From the IMG/VR virus record IMGVR_UViG_2541047869_000003, positions 1 through 39,722 of that record: a DNA stretch of 39,722 bases; one strand, given 5' to 3'. Below are positions 21,598 through 30,745 of the stretch, piece by piece. The first letter of the stretch is position 1. Each line of letters opens with the position of its first letter. The notes beneath the pieces are model-generated. The model had not been told where the DNA came from and made no database searches. It was given only the letters and a program-made list of their open reading frames with translations. The position numbers and the translations under genes were made by a program. The stretch is from a virus (Duplodnaviria; Heunggongvirae; Uroviricota; Caudoviricetes).

Positions 21598-22047
21598 TTA
21601 TTTCAGGCATTGCGTCCTGATGTACTCCTGCAGGTAGTTAACCTGCGCGGTTATCTTGTCGATTCCACTTCGGAGACGGTAATAATTGAGTTCAGCATCT
21701 GCTGTAAGTCTTGGGATTTCTCCATCGCCCATGCTGCTGGCTCCGGTCGTTGACTTTGCACAGGTGGCGGCGACTTGCAGGCGCTTACGCCCAGCAGAAA
21801 CATCAGCACGGAGGCTTTCGATAGTCGCGTTAGCATCAGCAAGCTCCTTTGTGTATCTGGCGTCGAGTTCTGCTACATCACGTTGACGCTTCTGCATATC
21901 AGCGATGATGGATGTGGCTTTATTGCGCTGCTCTTTGTAGGTCATGGCGTTATCACGGTAATGATTAACAGCCCATGACAGACAGACGATGATGCAGATA
22001 ACCAGAGCGGAGATAATCGCGGTTACTCTACTCATTGTTGCCCCCAC
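21598..22047 (-). CDS. Rz: i-spanin Rz
   Basis: 149 aa; N-terminal transmembrane segment ([20 protein letters not shown]) then coiled-coil periplasmic domain; Rz1 embedded in the +1 frame. Confidence 0.85.
   Translation of the reverse strand: MGATMSRVTAIISALVICIIVCLSWAVNHYRDNAMTYKEQRNKATSIIADMQKRQRDVAELDARYTKELADANATIESLRADVSAGRKRLQVAATCAKSTTGASSMGDGEIPRLTADAELNYYRLRSGIDKITAQVNYLQEYIRTQCLK
21651..21842 (-). CDS. Rz1: o-spanin Rz1 (embedded lipoprotein)
   Basis: Entirely within Rz in another frame; lipobox LGVSAC followed by a Pro-rich stretch ([16 protein letters not shown]), typical of Rz1. Confidence 0.75.
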   Translation of the reverse strand: MLMLTRLSKASVLMFLLGVSACKSPPPVQSQRPEPAAWAMEKSQDLQQMLNSIITVSEVESTR

Positions 22048-22529
22048 AAACAGACTTCACGCTCAATCTCACGGCGAGTCATCAGCCCTTTCCATTGCTT
22101 ACCGCCAGCGTATGTCCAGCGCCGTAGCTGATCACATGCGCCTTTGATATCGCCCTGGTTTATTTTGCGAAGAAGCGTCGATGTTCTGAAATTTCCAGCA
22201 CCAACGTTGTAAACGAACGAGTAAAGAGCGCCGCGCGTTGTTTCCGGTATATCGACTTTGATGTACGGGTTAATTTGTCTGGCGACAGTGGCAAGGTCTT
22301 TATTCAGGAGGGCTTTGCATTCTGCTTCGGTATACGTTTTACCGAGCATAATGTCTTTTCCGGTATGCCCGTAACATACAGTCCATACACCAACGATATC
22401 TTTATATGGTATGTAGCTGACGCCTTCCAGACCATCGTTACCACTTGGGCCAGTGATTAACACAGATGCTATAGCAATAGCCCCGCCACCAATAGCCGCA
22501 GCAACGGCTTTTCGTAATGATGGAGGCAT
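22032..22529 (-). CDS. SAR endolysin (T4-lysozyme-like, glycoside hydrolase family 24)
   Basis: 165 aa; Gly/Ala-rich signal-anchor-release segment ([20 protein letters not shown]); E-x8-D-x5-T catalytic spacing; C-terminal [11 protein letters not shown] resembles P1 Lyz and phage 21 R. Confidence 0.85.
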   Translation of the reverse strand: MPPSLRKAVAAAIGGGAIAIASVLITGPSGNDGLEGVSYIPYKDIVGVWTVCYGHTGKDIMLGKTYTEAECKALLNKDLATVARQINPYIKVDIPETTRGALYSFVYNVGAGNFRTSTLLRKINQGDIKGACDQLRRWTYAGGKQWKGLMTRREIEREVCLWGQQ

Positions 22530-22744
22530 TATTCACCTCTCGCAGCCTTTCTTCTGTCTTCTCTGATTTTGAAGTACAGATTTGTCAGATAGGTGAGAAA
22601 GCCCAACACAAGGCTTCCAAGCACCCCAATCGCAGCCCACTGTGATGGACTGACCTGATCCAACCACTGTAAAAACCAGTATCCCGCACTACCAGCGGAT
22701 GTTCCGTAGGCAATGCCAGTTGAGATTTTGTCCATTGATTTCAT
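22529..22744 (-). CDS. Pinholin (phage 21 S21-type class II holin), dual-start
   Basis: 71 aa [71 protein letters not shown]; two TMDs; Met1/Met4 dual start; ATGA overlap with the endolysin. Confidence 0.85.
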   Translation of the reverse strand: MKSMDKISTGIAYGTSAGSAGYWFLQWLDQVSPSQWAAIGVLGSLVLGFLTYLTNLYFKIREDRRKAARGE

Positions 22745-22861
22745 AGCAACGCCTCCGCCAGTAACGGATTGCGTAGTTCTTATATTGGGAATGGGAAAAA
22801 GAAGGCCGCAGCATAACTATCACTGATTAGTTCAGGATAGCCAGTGACTACGGCTAAGTTA

Positions 22862-22937
22862 TGGTGCTGGTTAACGGACTTGAACCGCCACCCATTCGCT
22901 TACAAGGCGACTGCTCTACCATTGGAGCTAAACCAGC
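22862..22937 (-). tRNA. tRNA, anticodon UGU (Thr) by manual folding
   Basis: 76 nt: 7/7 acceptor stem (GCTGGTT / AACCAGC), 4-bp D stem (GCTC / GAGC), anticodon loop CTTGTAA, T arm GGCGG-TTCAAGT-CCGTT, encoded 3' CCA. Confidence 0.6.
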
Positions 22938-22942
22938 ATGTT

Positions 22943-23017
22943 TGGCGGGACAGCGTGGACTCGAACCACGATAAGAAGGTTAACAGCCTTCCGTAATGAC
23001 CTTTATACGACTGACCC
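22943..23017 (-). tRNA. tRNA, anticodon GUU (Asn) by manual folding; may be degenerate
   Basis: 75 nt: acceptor stem 6/7, 5-bp anticodon stem GAAGG / CCTTC with loop CTGTTAA, T arm CGTGG-TTCGAGT-CCACG, encoded CCA; one mismatch in the D stem. Confidence 0.5.
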
Positions 23018-23020
23018 AAA

Positions 23021-23065
23021 TAAAAAAAAAGCCACCGTTGCAACTTAAGAGTCACTAACGGCAGC
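23021..23065 (-). terminator. tR'-like intrinsic terminator just downstream of Q
   Basis: Minus strand: ~9-bp stem (GCTGCCGTT ... AACGGTGGC, two G-U pairs) followed by T9. This is the lambda tR' position between Q and the late genes. Confidence 0.5.
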
Positions 23066-23076
23066 TTACCTTCTAA

Positions 23077-23601
23077 TTATGGCCAAATGGATAATTGCAT
23101 GTCAAGACTTTTAACAGCAACATGTTTAACTTTCTCAACACGTTTACGAATTTTGAAAGCATTTTGCATTGGTTGGTACAAAACAAATAATGATGCTTTC
23201 AGGATGTCGTCAATTTCATTTCTACAGGTTGCCAGTGAAGGTTTTCTCCATCCCTCGCCACCACGTCCACACATCTTGCGTGGCTTTGCAGTCGCGTGAT
23301 AGTAGGATGCAATTGCTCGCTTAGATGAACCATGAGCGTAGTAGCTGAGGAGGATGCCAAAGGCTTTCTTGTCAATGCACATGACGGAATCGACGACCTG
23401 AGAAATCAACATTCCATCATCATCATTGCACATTGGCCTTGTCATAATTCTTCCCGGCTCTACGCTCTCCATGAACTTCGCTATTACGCTGCTCATGCGC
23501 TTTTCCAAACGACCTGAATAAACCCATGCGCCCCACAGTTCAAGCCAGCCATTCAGCCACTCATGCTGTTCTTTGGTGAGGTTTAGTTCTCTTATGCCCA
23601 C
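23077..23601 (-). CDS. Q: Late-gene antiterminator Q (phage 21/82-type)
   Basis: 174 aa immediately upstream of tR', the tRNAs and the lysis cassette; Cys/His-containing C-terminal region; overlaps the upstream phosphatase gene. Confidence 0.8.
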   Translation of the reverse strand: MGIRELNLTKEQHEWLNGWLELWGAWVYSGRLEKRMSSVIAKFMESVEPGRIMTRPMCNDDDGMLISQVVDSVMCIDKKAFGILLSYYAHGSSKRAIASYYHATAKPRKMCGRGGEGWRKPSLATCRNEIDDILKASLFVLYQPMQNAFKIRKRVEKVKHVAVKSLDMQLSIWP

Positions 23602-24263
23602 GCGCCTTCTCCCTGTACCTGAATCAATGTGAGATTTCCGCAGAACACTGCCCCAGTATCGATATACATCTGGTTGGCAAATTTGAGTGGTTTCACTGCT
23701 GGCGTATGACCAAAGATAAACGTGTCCGCGCCTTTAATTTCTTTAACGATCCCGTCTTGTGAGTTGCTGATTCGTTCGCGGTTCCAGATTACCTGCTGAT
23801 GATCAACTGGCTTTCCAAATTCGTATTCGTCACAAGGATAATCGGCGTGGCAGATGACATATTTTTTACCTTTGCTCACCAGTTCGATGATTAACGGAAG
23901 TTCTTCTGCTTTATGGGCAAGAGCTTTAGCCAGAATTTCTTTGTCGTAATCGAGATTAAAGAACCAGCCACCGCCATCAAGCAGCCAATGATTAACGTTT
24001 CCACGCTCTGATAAGCCATCAATCATCATTTGCTCATGGTTTCCACGTACAGCTCTGAACCAGGGGAATGTGATTAATTCCAGGCATTCAACGTTCTCTG
24101 CACCACGATCAACCAAATCGCCCACCGAGATAAGCAGGTCTTTTTTGTTGTCGAATCCAATCGTATCCAGTTTGTTCATCAGGTTCGTGTAGCATCCGTG
24201 CAGATCGCCAACTACCCAAATATTTCGGTATTTGCTGCCATCAATTCTTTCGTAGATATTCAT
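23592..24263 (-). CDS. ninI: Ser/Thr protein phosphatase (lambda NinI/ORF221-like, calcineurin-like metallophosphatase)
   Basis: 223 aa with metallophosphatase motifs GDLHG, GDLVDRG, GNHE and a later GH. Confidence 0.9.
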   Translation of the reverse strand: MNIYERIDGSKYRNIWVVGDLHGCYTNLMNKLDTIGFDNKKDLLISVGDLVDRGAENVECLELITFPWFRAVRGNHEQMMIDGLSERGNVNHWLLDGGGWFFNLDYDKEILAKALAHKAEELPLIIELVSKGKKYVICHADYPCDEYEFGKPVDHQQVIWNRERISNSQDGIVKEIKGADTFIFGHTPAVKPLKFANQMYIDTGAVFCGNLTLIQVQGEGAWA

Positions 24264-24871
24264 GCAGCCTCACTTCTGCTGTTTCGCAGTTTTTTAAGTT
24301 TCTGTTGATACTCCGCCTTGATGGTCCTGCACTCTTCGACAGTCCAGCGATGGCGGTTATGGTTTGATTCGATTTCGTCTACTGCTTCCTGCCCGATGCG
24401 GTTAATCAGTTCGACGCGATACGGAACGAGATTTCCGCTTTTGTGCTGGTTGCACACCACGCATTGCTTGTGAATATTGCGTTCATCAAATCGGAGTTGA
24501 GGCGCCGCAGCAGTTGTCCGGTAATGCCCGGCATCCCACTGAGCAGACGTGAGCGTTCCGCACGAGATACATGGTAAGTCGCGGTCTCTTTCTCTGATGA
24601 AGGCGTTTACGGCTTGTTGGGCTTGTTTAATCCAGTAACTGCGGGGCTTTAAGGCGAGTTTTCGAATCTTAAGTTTATCTTTCTGTTTCTGCTCCTCTCG
24701 TCGTCGTTTCTTCTCTGCTGCCTTTTCCGCTTTTTCGCGTTCTTTGCTTCGTCGTTCGAGTGCTATCTTGGTTCCACACTCTGGAGAGCACCACCACTGA
24801 TTGGCGAATGCAGGGTGAAACCATTCCCGACATTCATCGTTTTTACATCGTCTTCGCGCTGGTTTAGCCAT
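24260..24871 (-). CDS. ninG: NinG (Rap) recombination protein
   Basis: 203 aa; N-terminal Cys cluster ([12 protein letters not shown]...WWCSPEC) and basic Lys/Arg/Glu-rich segment as in lambda NinG. Confidence 0.85.
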   Translation of the reverse strand: MAKPARRRCKNDECREWFHPAFANQWWCSPECGTKIALERRSKEREKAEKAAEKKRRREEQKQKDKLKIRKLALKPRSYWIKQAQQAVNAFIRERDRDLPCISCGTLTSAQWDAGHYRTTAAAPQLRFDERNIHKQCVVCNQHKSGNLVPYRVELINRIGQEAVDEIESNHNRHRWTVEECRTIKAEYQQKLKKLRNSRSEAA

Positions 24872-25046
24872 CGTCTTCTTCCTCGTGCATCGAGCTATTC
24901 GGATCGCTCATCAGTTCTGCGCAGCAGTGCTCACACACGTGAACTTCCAGCACATGCAGCTTCTGACCGCAGTTAGCGCACGTTAAAGCTCGCTCGACGC
25001 TTTCTTTCTGGTATTGAATGGATTGGGATGGGCTAAGCATTAACAA
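24864..25046 (-). CDS. ninF: NinF
   Basis: 60 aa, ...[58 protein letters not shown], near-identical to lambda NinF from memory. Confidence 0.85.
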   Translation of the reverse strand: MLMLSPSQSIQYQKESVERALTCANCGQKLHVLEVHVCEHCCAELMSDPNSSMHEEEDDG

Positions 25047-25983
25047 CCTCCATACAAACTTTCACGAATGCCGTTGCTACTTCTGCATTGATTGCGTTTC
25101 CATATCCAATAATTCGCTGATCTTGATTGCGCTTTGCCATTCTTCCCAGTGTGGACTTGCCTCGTCCCAAGCTTTTGGCAATGCCATTAACCATCGGGAA
25201 TGAGCCGGGTCTAACTGGACGATATTTTTCATCTCTACAGTAAAGCCAGTCTGCATCTCTCCAGAAGCCGTTAACCGGTAATGGGTACATAGCTTCACCG
25301 TCCCGGGAAGTTTCAAGCAGATTCTTGGGGTTCCGCTCTTGTCTTTTCCGCTGTAGCAATGCGTTGAACCTGTTGCATCGTTCGCTAAAGGAGTTTGCCA
25401 TCCCGCTAGTCTCACGCATCCAGATAGGTTCTGAATTCCCCTGCGCGTCTCTGGCTGAAAGTTGATATTTGTCGTTGGAGTAGGCCACCCAATACAATCG
25501 CTGCCTGATGTGCGGAGAACCGAAGCCCGCAGCGCAAATATCGGTACCTGCAGAGGTGTAGTTCGCACCTTCCAAGTCAGTTTGTACAAGGTCGAGCCAA
25601 GCGAGGCCGTCTGCGCTTGCAACCTGTTCGCCAATAACGATGCCAGGATTGCATTTTTCAATAAGCCAGAAGAATGCCGGCCATAAGTGCCGCTCGTCAT
25701 CAACCCCTTTTCCTTTGCCTGCCGAGCTGAAAGGTTGGCATGGGCAACTTCCTGTCCAGATACTCTTGTTGTCTGGCCATCCTGCTTTTCTAAGTGCATA
25801 GCTCCAAACTCCGATTCCTGCAAAAAAGTGGTGCTGGGTAAATCCTCGCAAATCACCTGGTGTGACATCTTCAATACTCCTTTCATCTACATAACCGGGG
25901 GCAATTTCTCCAGCGTCAATTAAGTTACGCAGCCATTGCGCTGCATACGGATCTATTTCGTTGTAATACGCAGTCATCGTCAT
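25033..25983 (-). CDS. Orphan DNA (cytosine-5) methyltransferase
   Basis: Start taken at MTMTAYYNE (ATGA overlap with the ninE stop). Motif I variant FFAGIGVWS, motif [18 protein letters not shown] (catalytic PCQ), EQV variant of ENV. No adjacent restriction endonuclease candidate. Confidence 0.8.
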   Translation of the reverse strand: MTMTAYYNEIDPYAAQWLRNLIDAGEIAPGYVDERSIEDVTPGDLRGFTQHHFFAGIGVWSYALRKAGWPDNKSIWTGSCPCQPFSSAGKGKGVDDERHLWPAFFWLIEKCNPGIVIGEQVASADGLAWLDLVQTDLEGANYTSAGTDICAAGFGSPHIRQRLYWVAYSNDKYQLSARDAQGNSEPIWMRETSGMANSFSERCNRFNALLQRKRQERNPKNLLETSRDGEAMYPLPVNGFWRDADWLYCRDEKYRPVRPGSFPMVNGIAKSLGRGKSTLGRMAKRNQDQRIIGYGNAINAEVATAFVKVCMEVVNA

Positions 25984-26156
25984 TTCCTCGCACGATGTCT
26001 TAGCCACCGGATATCCCACAGGTGAGCCGTGTAGTTGAAGGTTTTTACGTCAGATTCTTTTGGGATTGGCTTGCGTTTATTTCTGGAGCGTTTCGTTGGA
26101 AGGTATTTGCAGTTTTCGCAGATGATGTCGGTGATACTTCGTCGCTGTCGCCTCAT
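25980..26156 (-). CDS. ninE: NinD/NinE-family small protein
   Basis: 58 aa from the internal Met, [58 protein letters not shown], matching a lambda nin-region small protein from memory; starts adjacent to the ninB stop. Confidence 0.6.
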   Translation of the reverse strand: MRRQRRSITDIICENCKYLPTKRSRNKRKPIPKESDVKTFNYTAHLWDIRWLRHRARK

Positions 26157-26593
26157 GCCGCCCTGTCTCCCCATCTCGCTTTCCACTCCAGAGCCAGTCG
26201 CGCTTCGTCTGACCACTTAACGCCACGCTCTGTACCGAATGCCTGTATAAGCTCTAATAACTCCGCAAATTCGCTTACACGCATCCTGCTGGTTGACTGG
26301 CCTATTACCACAAAGCCATTCCCGGTAAGGTTAGGAACAACGTCCTGCTGCTTTAATGCTGCTGTAAAAACGCACTTCCAGCTTTCTGCATCCAGCCAGC
26401 GACCATGCCATTCAACCTGACGAGAGACGTCACCAAGGCAAGCCCAAAGCTTTCGATTCTGGTCTAAGCTGCGGTTGCGTTCCTGAATGGTTACTACGAT
26501 TGGTTTGGTTGGGTCTGGAAGGATTTGCTGTACTGCGTGAATAGCGTTTTGCTGATGTGCTGGAGATCGAATTTCAAAGGTTAGTTTTTTCAT
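26153..26593 (-). CDS. ninB: NinB (Orf-family recombination mediator)
   Basis: 146 aa, the same length as lambda NinB; first nin gene after the replication genes. Confidence 0.85.
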   Translation of the reverse strand: MKKLTFEIRSPAHQQNAIHAVQQILPDPTKPIVVTIQERNRSLDQNRKLWACLGDVSRQVEWHGRWLDAESWKCVFTAALKQQDVVPNLTGNGFVVIGQSTSRMRVSEFAELLELIQAFGTERGVKWSDEARLALEWKARWGDRAA

Positions 26594-26786
26594 GACTTCC
26601 CTCTCTAACAGATTTCAGGTTATTCCACTCCGTTACCGCACTGCGATAATTCGCGGCCGCCACAGTAGAGTGGTTAGCGCAGTAGATTTGGCACCCGTTC
26701 TCCATGTCGAATATTGTCGGTGATTTTCCGCATTTACATTTTTTGGCACGCGGTGCGTCTGAACACATTCCGTTAACGGTGTCCAT
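26574..26786 (-). CDS. Hypothetical Cys-rich small protein
   Basis: 70 aa with CKCGKSP...GCQIYCANH cysteine spacing; between the helicase and ninB (the lambda ren position). Confidence 0.4.
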   Translation of the reverse strand: MDTVNGMCSDAPRAKKCKCGKSPTIFDMENGCQIYCANHSTVAAANYRSAVTEWNNLKSVREGSHEKTNL

Positions 26787-26867
26787 CAGGATCCCCCTAG
26801 TTCTTAATCCAATAAAAAAGGGCTACTGTGTAAATAGCCCCTGTTATTAGCTCAGTGATGTAGATGG

Positions 26868-28244
26868 TCATACGTCAGCCCCTTGTGCATATCGTCTGCC
26901 ACGCGCAGCAGGTGCATTTGATACTGTGCAAATCTGTCTGGCTTCGTCCTGGTCACATGCAACAAAGTGTCCGTTGCAGAACCGCTGGTAAACCGTACCA
27001 AGCGAGCCAAAACGGTTTTTCGTCACAATGATTTCAGCAAATGGCGCGGCGCTACTGTTCTCGTCATATACCGCTTCCCGATAGAGCATGATGATTGAGT
27101 CTGCGTCCTGTTCAATGCTTCCAGAATCACGCAAATCTGCGTTTGTCGGGCGTTTGTTTGGTCGCTTCTCAACATCGCGCGAAAGCTGACTTAGGGAGAT
27201 AACAGGCGTTTTCAGGTCTTTCGCCATCGCTTTTAGACTTCCGGAGATGTGAGCAATTGCGAGGTCGTTGCGATCTGCTTTCGGCTTCTCAATCAGGCCA
27301 AGATAATCCGCCATGATGAGTGACAGGTTTGGATTTTCCTGTTTGTGCCGTTCTGCGATTGAGCGAATTTCTTCGACCGATAACCGCGAGGCATCGACTA
27401 CCCATACATCCAAATCTGCAAGCTGACTCATGCCGTTAGCAACACGCGCCCAGCCTTCGTCATCCATCGATGCAGGATTTCGCAGTACGCTAACCGACAT
27501 CCTCCCGGCGTTGGCAATGCTTCGCTCTGCAATCTGCAATGCGCTCATTTCCATTGAGAAAATCAATACCCCGCGCCGGACGTCAGAACCAGGAATAACT
27601 CGGCTTGCAACGCCTTCGGCAATCTTCAGCGCCAGTTCTGTTTTCCCCATACCAGGACGAGCAGCGATTATCACCAGGTCTTCCGCGTTCATCCCTCCGG
27701 TGATGGCGTCAAGTTCTTCGATTCCGGTCTTCAGGGTATCTGACTCTTCTCCGTTCCTCAGACGCCTGTCAAGCGTGTCAGTGTAGTCAGTGATGATTTC
27801 CCCTAACCGTACCGGTTTAACCTCGTCACGGGGCTTTCTGATGGCTGAGAGACGCTTTACAAGTTCATCCATCGCCTGACTCGATGCGTCGATGGTTCCG
27901 CTCTGAATTGGTTCACGCATTTCATCCATGATTTCCAGCACCAGACGGCGGTGATAGTTATCCGCGACCATTCCGGCATATCCCTTCAGGTTTGCGGCAC
28001 TCGGGCAGTTTTTGCTGGTCATCAGGATTGACGTGAAATGCTCCTCTCCGCACGCCTCGGCAACCATCAGCGCGTCGATTAGGTTTCTGTTTCTCGCCTG
28101 CTTACGGATAACCTCGAAGGCTTTCCGGTAGAGCGGAATTGAAAACGCTTCCGGCTCCAGCGTTGCCAGAACGTCGCTGGCGGTTGGTGTTAATCCACCA
28201 ATCAGCAGGCCACCGATAACGCTCGCTTCGATATCCTGTTTCAT
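26868..28244 (-). CDS. Replicative DNA helicase (DnaB-like, P22 gene 12 position)
   Basis: 458 aa; Walker [16 protein letters not shown], Walker B-like [10 protein letters not shown], RecA-fold C-terminal domain; overlaps the O-like gene by 4 nt. Confidence 0.9.
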   Translation of the reverse strand: MKQDIEASVIGGLLIGGLTPTASDVLATLEPEAFSIPLYRKAFEVIRKQARNRNLIDALMVAEACGEEHFTSILMTSKNCPSAANLKGYAGMVADNYHRRLVLEIMDEMREPIQSGTIDASSQAMDELVKRLSAIRKPRDEVKPVRLGEIITDYTDTLDRRLRNGEESDTLKTGIEELDAITGGMNAEDLVIIAARPGMGKTELALKIAEGVASRVIPGSDVRRGVLIFSMEMSALQIAERSIANAGRMSVSVLRNPASMDDEGWARVANGMSQLADLDVWVVDASRLSVEEIRSIAERHKQENPNLSLIMADYLGLIEKPKADRNDLAIAHISGSLKAMAKDLKTPVISLSQLSRDVEKRPNKRPTNADLRDSGSIEQDADSIIMLYREAVYDENSSAAPFAEIIVTKNRFGSLGTVYQRFCNGHFVACDQDEARQICTVSNAPAARGRRYAQGADV

Positions 28245-29062
28245 GCAATCCCCCTGTCTGCAAACTTCCCTTCCCGAACTCCCGTTAACGAATCTTCCCT
28301 CAGCAGGTAATCAAAATCAGCTGTCCAGCCCGTGTCGTTGTCTCCGAAGTAAAACGGCTTGGCCTGATGCACAAACGCCCTGACATACGCTCTGAAACCG
28401 TCCACGTTTGGCGTTTTCAGTTGCGGGATGATTTTCTTCAGGCGGCGTTTGCGTTTCTCGTTGACCGCAACAGCGTGTGGCAGTCTGTCACCGACTTCGG
28501 TGTTGTAAGCGTTCAGGAAGGATTCGTAGTCGATTCGTTCTGCCTTGCGACGTTCAGGTTTAACCTGCCCATCGCCGCCCCCGTTAGGGGGTAAGGGGGT
28601 ATTTGTATTTATTGTCTTTTGTATATTGTCTTTTGTGTTTAGCTGACTTGGCTTATACCCATTAGCCGACTTGGCTAATGTTTTATTAGCTGTTTTAGCT
28701 AATGTTAAGCTGTCATGGCTAATCCACTGAGAAACCACCTTGTTCACTCCGATTTTCACGCCATCAGCAATGAGGAATTTACGCTCAATAAGCTGGCGCT
28801 TGGCAGCGCAAACATGAGTGTGATGAATACCTGTCATGGCTGCTATCTGCGTGTTTGTGAGTCGATCCATCGGCTTATTGAATCCGTATGTCTTGCGCAT
28901 GATAGCGAGCATCACCTTCAACTGCCGGACGGTTAAATCAGCCATCAGCAGACTGTCGGTAATCTCGTTAGCAACGCGCATGAAACCATCTTCGGTATCT
29001 GCCACGCGATGCTCCACGACCTCCAGTTGAGGCCTGTAATCAGCTAACTTAACGACGCCCAT
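28241..29062 (-). CDS. Replication initiator, lambda O-like (P22 gene 18 position)
   Basis: 273 aa; N-terminal [36 protein letters not shown] matches the lambda O iteron-binding domain motif (RQFKVLLAILRKTYGWNKPMD) from memory; origin iterons lie inside the gene. Confidence 0.85.
   Translation of the reverse strand: MGVVKLADYRPQLEVVEHRVADTEDGFMRVANEITDSLLMADLTVRQLKVMLAIMRKTYGFNKPMDRLTNTQIAAMTGIHHTHVCAAKRQLIERKFLIADGVKIGVNKVVSQWISHDSLTLAKTANKTLAKSANGYKPSQLNTKDNIQKTINTNTPLPPNGGGDGQVKPERRKAERIDYESFLNAYNTEVGDRLPHAVAVNEKRKRRLKKIIPQLKTPNVDGFRAYVRAFVHQAKPFYFGDNDTGWTADFDYLLREDSLTGVREGKFADRGIA
28600..28722. repeat. Replication origin: four ~17-bp iterons plus adjacent AT-rich region, inside the O-like gene
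   Basis: Iterons at ~28639, 28662, 28686 and 28705: TTAGCTGACTTGGCTTA, TTAGCCGACTTGGCTAA, TTAGCTGTTTTAGCTAA, TTAAGCTGTCATGGCTAA. AT-rich block with tandem ATTGTCTTTTGT x2 at ~28604-28640. Order (iterons then AT-rich in the direction of O transcription) matches lambda ori. Confidence 0.6.
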
Positions 29063-29210
29063 GTTTCACTCCTGCTTTGGCTAGTCTGTAAACACCAACA
29101 AGGCGCTCTGCGAACGCCCTGTTATTTGCTGCGGCTACCACTAATCCCTCAGGTGAATCAGGGTGTCGAATCTCTTCTTTTTCCTGGTATTTCTTACGAC
29201 GTTTTGTCAT
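29049..29210 (-). CDS. Small basic hypothetical protein between cII and the O-like gene
   Basis: 53 aa ([53 protein letters not shown]), not in the supplied ORF track; strong Shine-Dalgarno (AGGAG, 5 nt spacing); stop overlaps the O-like start region. Confidence 0.4.
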   Translation of the reverse strand: MTKRRKKYQEKEEIRHPDSPEGLVVAAANNRAFAERLVGVYRLAKAGVKHGRR

Positions 29211-29242
29211 AATGACTCCTGTGGATTGATCCAGTAATTCCC

Positions 29243-29542
29243 TCAGAATTCCATCTGGATTTGTTCAGAACGCTCGGTCTTGCACACCGGGCGTTTTTTA
29301 TTGGTGAGTCCATCAAGCGCATACTTAAAAGCCCTGCTAATCGGACTGATGTCTGATGCCATTCCGAAAGCACACAAGACCGAAGCAATAAATCTCCAGT
29401 CCGTTCTGCTTATCTTCGATTCATGACAGCCAATCATCTTTGCCAGACCGCGCTGTGTAAGCGTTGACAGGTTGATGAGTAAATCTGTTTCTGCACGATC
29501 AACGTCGCGCTGTGATAGTTTGCTGTAACTTGTTTGTTCCAT
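29243..29542 (-). CDS. cII: CII-family transcriptional activator (P22 c1 equivalent)
   Basis: 99 aa; HTH region and C-terminus ...LTNKKRPVCKTERSEQIQMEF matching the lambda CII tail (TNKKRPAATERSEQIQMEF) from memory. Confidence 0.9.
   Translation of the reverse strand: MEQTSYSKLSQRDVDRAETDLLINLSTLTQRGLAKMIGCHESKISRTDWRFIASVLCAFGMASDISPISRAFKYALDGLTNKKRPVCKTERSEQIQMEF
29271..29299 (+). terminator. oop-like antisense RNA terminator inside the 3' end of cII
   Basis: Plus strand (antisense to cII): stem CGCTCGG / CCGGGCG (one G-U), 9-nt loop, then T6. Same placement as the lambda oop terminator. Confidence 0.4.
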
Positions 29543-29606
29543 TTCTTAAGATTTCCATAGGTAAATAATCACTAACACTCATCTTTCGATGAGTGCTTAA
29601 TTAGTT

Positions 29607-29641
29607 ACCGCGTTGTCGGCGGTGCAGATTGATAAAGAGCG
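29607..29641 (-). promoter_or_regulatory. nutR (boxA + boxB) downstream of cro
   Basis: Minus strand: boxA CGCTCTTTATC followed by hairpin ACCGC-CGACAAC-GCGGT with a GACAA loop like the nutL boxB; starts ~8 nt after the cro stop. Confidence 0.5.
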
Positions 29642-29648
29642 GTGTTAC

Positions 29649-29876
29649 TTATGCAGCCAGAAGGTTCTTTTTGCTTATTTCAAGCATTTCGCTTGCTTGA
29701 TATTTGCCACCAGAAATCTCTTCGATTTTTGATGCGTATTTAGTTTTCCCAAAAAACTCAGTCTTAGGGAGGAAGCCGTTTTTGAGCCACTTATAGACAG
29801 CCCTTTCGCTAACTCCACAAGCCTTCGCAACTTCAGGGATGCCGACACCTTTAATCGGCTCATCAAGATTTTGCAT
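29649..29876 (-). CDS. cro: Cro-like repressor (HTH)
   Basis: 75 aa, divergent from the repressor gene; HTH segment GIPEVAKACGVSERAVYKWLKNG. Confidence 0.75.
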   Translation of the reverse strand: MQNLDEPIKGVGIPEVAKACGVSERAVYKWLKNGFLPKTEFFGKTKYASKIEEISGGKYQASEMLEISKKNLLAA

Positions 29877-29954
29877 AGGAATATCCTTTTTCGTACTTTC
29901 AGTACGTATTATGGTTGAACTGAAAGTTTTTGCAAGTGCTTTAGTATCGTACTC
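29877..29954. promoter_or_regulatory. OR operator cluster with divergent PR and PRM
   Basis: 78-bp cro-cI intergenic region with related inverted repeats CGTACtttcaGTACG (29892-29906), TGAACtgaaaGTTTT (29916-29930) and CGTACtcatgGTTCA (29948-29962, overlapping the cI ATG); half-site about CGTAC/GTTCG. Confidence 0.55.
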
Positions 29955-30662
29955 ATGGTTCAGAATGAAAAAGTGCGCAAAGAATTCGCCCAGCGGCTAG
30001 CGCAAGCCTGTAAAGAAGCTGGTCTTGATGAACATGGTAGGGGGATGGCCATAGCCCGTGCCCTTTCTCTTTCGTCCAAAGGCGTTAGCAAATGGTTTAA
30101 TGCTGAGTCTTTACCGCGTCAGGAAAAAATGAATGCGCTTGCGAAATTTCTAAACGTTGATGTTGTTTGGCTTCAGCACGGCACTTCGTTAAATGGAGCG
30201 AATGATGAAGATACTCTTTCATTTGTTGGCAAATTAAAAAAAGGGTTAGTGCGCGTGGTTGGTGAGGCAATTCTTGGTGTTGATGGTGCCATCGAGATGA
30301 CCGAAGAGCGCGATGGGTGGCTCAAAATTTATAGCGATGATCCAGATGCCTTTGGTCTTCGTGTGAAAGGAGACAGCATGTGGCCCAGAATAAAATCAGG
30401 AGAATATGTACTCATTGAGCCTAACACCAAAGTATTCCCGGGTGATGAGGTGTTTGTCAGAACCATCGAAGGACACAACATGATCAAGATTCTTGGCTAT
30501 GACAGAGATGGAGAATACCAGTTTACAAGCATCAACCAAGACCACAGACCAATAACGTTGCCTTATCATCAAGTAGCAAAGGTGGAGTATGTGGCTGGTA
30601 TTCTGAAGCAGTCCCGCCATCTGGATGACATCGAGGCAAGGGAGTGGCTGAAAAGTTCGTGA
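29955..30662 (+). CDS. cI: Prophage repressor, CI/C2-type (HTH plus LexA-like S24 autopeptidase domain)
   Basis: 235 aa; N-terminal HTH; C-terminal domain with Ala-Gly cleavage region and GDSMWP catalytic Ser motif plus downstream Lys. Confidence 0.9.
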   Translation: MVQNEKVRKEFAQRLAQACKEAGLDEHGRGMAIARALSLSSKGVSKWFNAESLPRQEKMNALAKFLNVDVVWLQHGTSLNGANDEDTLSFVGKLKKGLVRVVGEAILGVDGAIEMTEERDGWLKIYSDDPDAFGLRVKGDSMWPRIKSGEYVLIEPNTKVFPGDEVFVRTIEGHNMIKILGYDRDGEYQFTSINQDHRPITLPYHQVAKVEYVAGILKQSRHLDDIEAREWLKSS

Positions 30663-30719
30663 CTTCATCGTCACATAGCTGGTAACCAATGGCCTGAAGA
30701 GACGTTTGGATGATGAAAG

Positions 30720-30745
30720 GTCGCACAGAAGTGCGGCCTTTTTTA
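30720..30745 (+). terminator. Intrinsic terminator after the repressor gene
   Basis: 8-bp stem GGTCGCAC / GTGCGGCC (one G-U), AGAA loop, T6 tail. Confidence 0.7.

Noticed and set aside
22745-23076. Possible toxin or virulence cargo between Q and the holin (as stx sits in Stx phages)
   Set aside because: The interval is fully accounted for by two tRNAs and a terminator; there is no protein-coding capacity for a toxin.
25077-25886. 269-aa ORF on the minus strand in an alternative frame inside the methyltransferase gene
   Set aside because: Fully nested within a gene that has clear catalytic motifs; Ser/Thr/Leu-rich low-complexity translation typical of an off-frame read; no independent start context.
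28561-28600. CCCCCGTTAGGGGG hairpin-like inverted repeat inside the O-like gene
   Set aside because: Falls in a Pro-Pro-Asn-Gly-Gly-Gly coding stretch and has no T-tract; more likely a by-product of the linker codons than a terminator, although it may contribute to origin structure.
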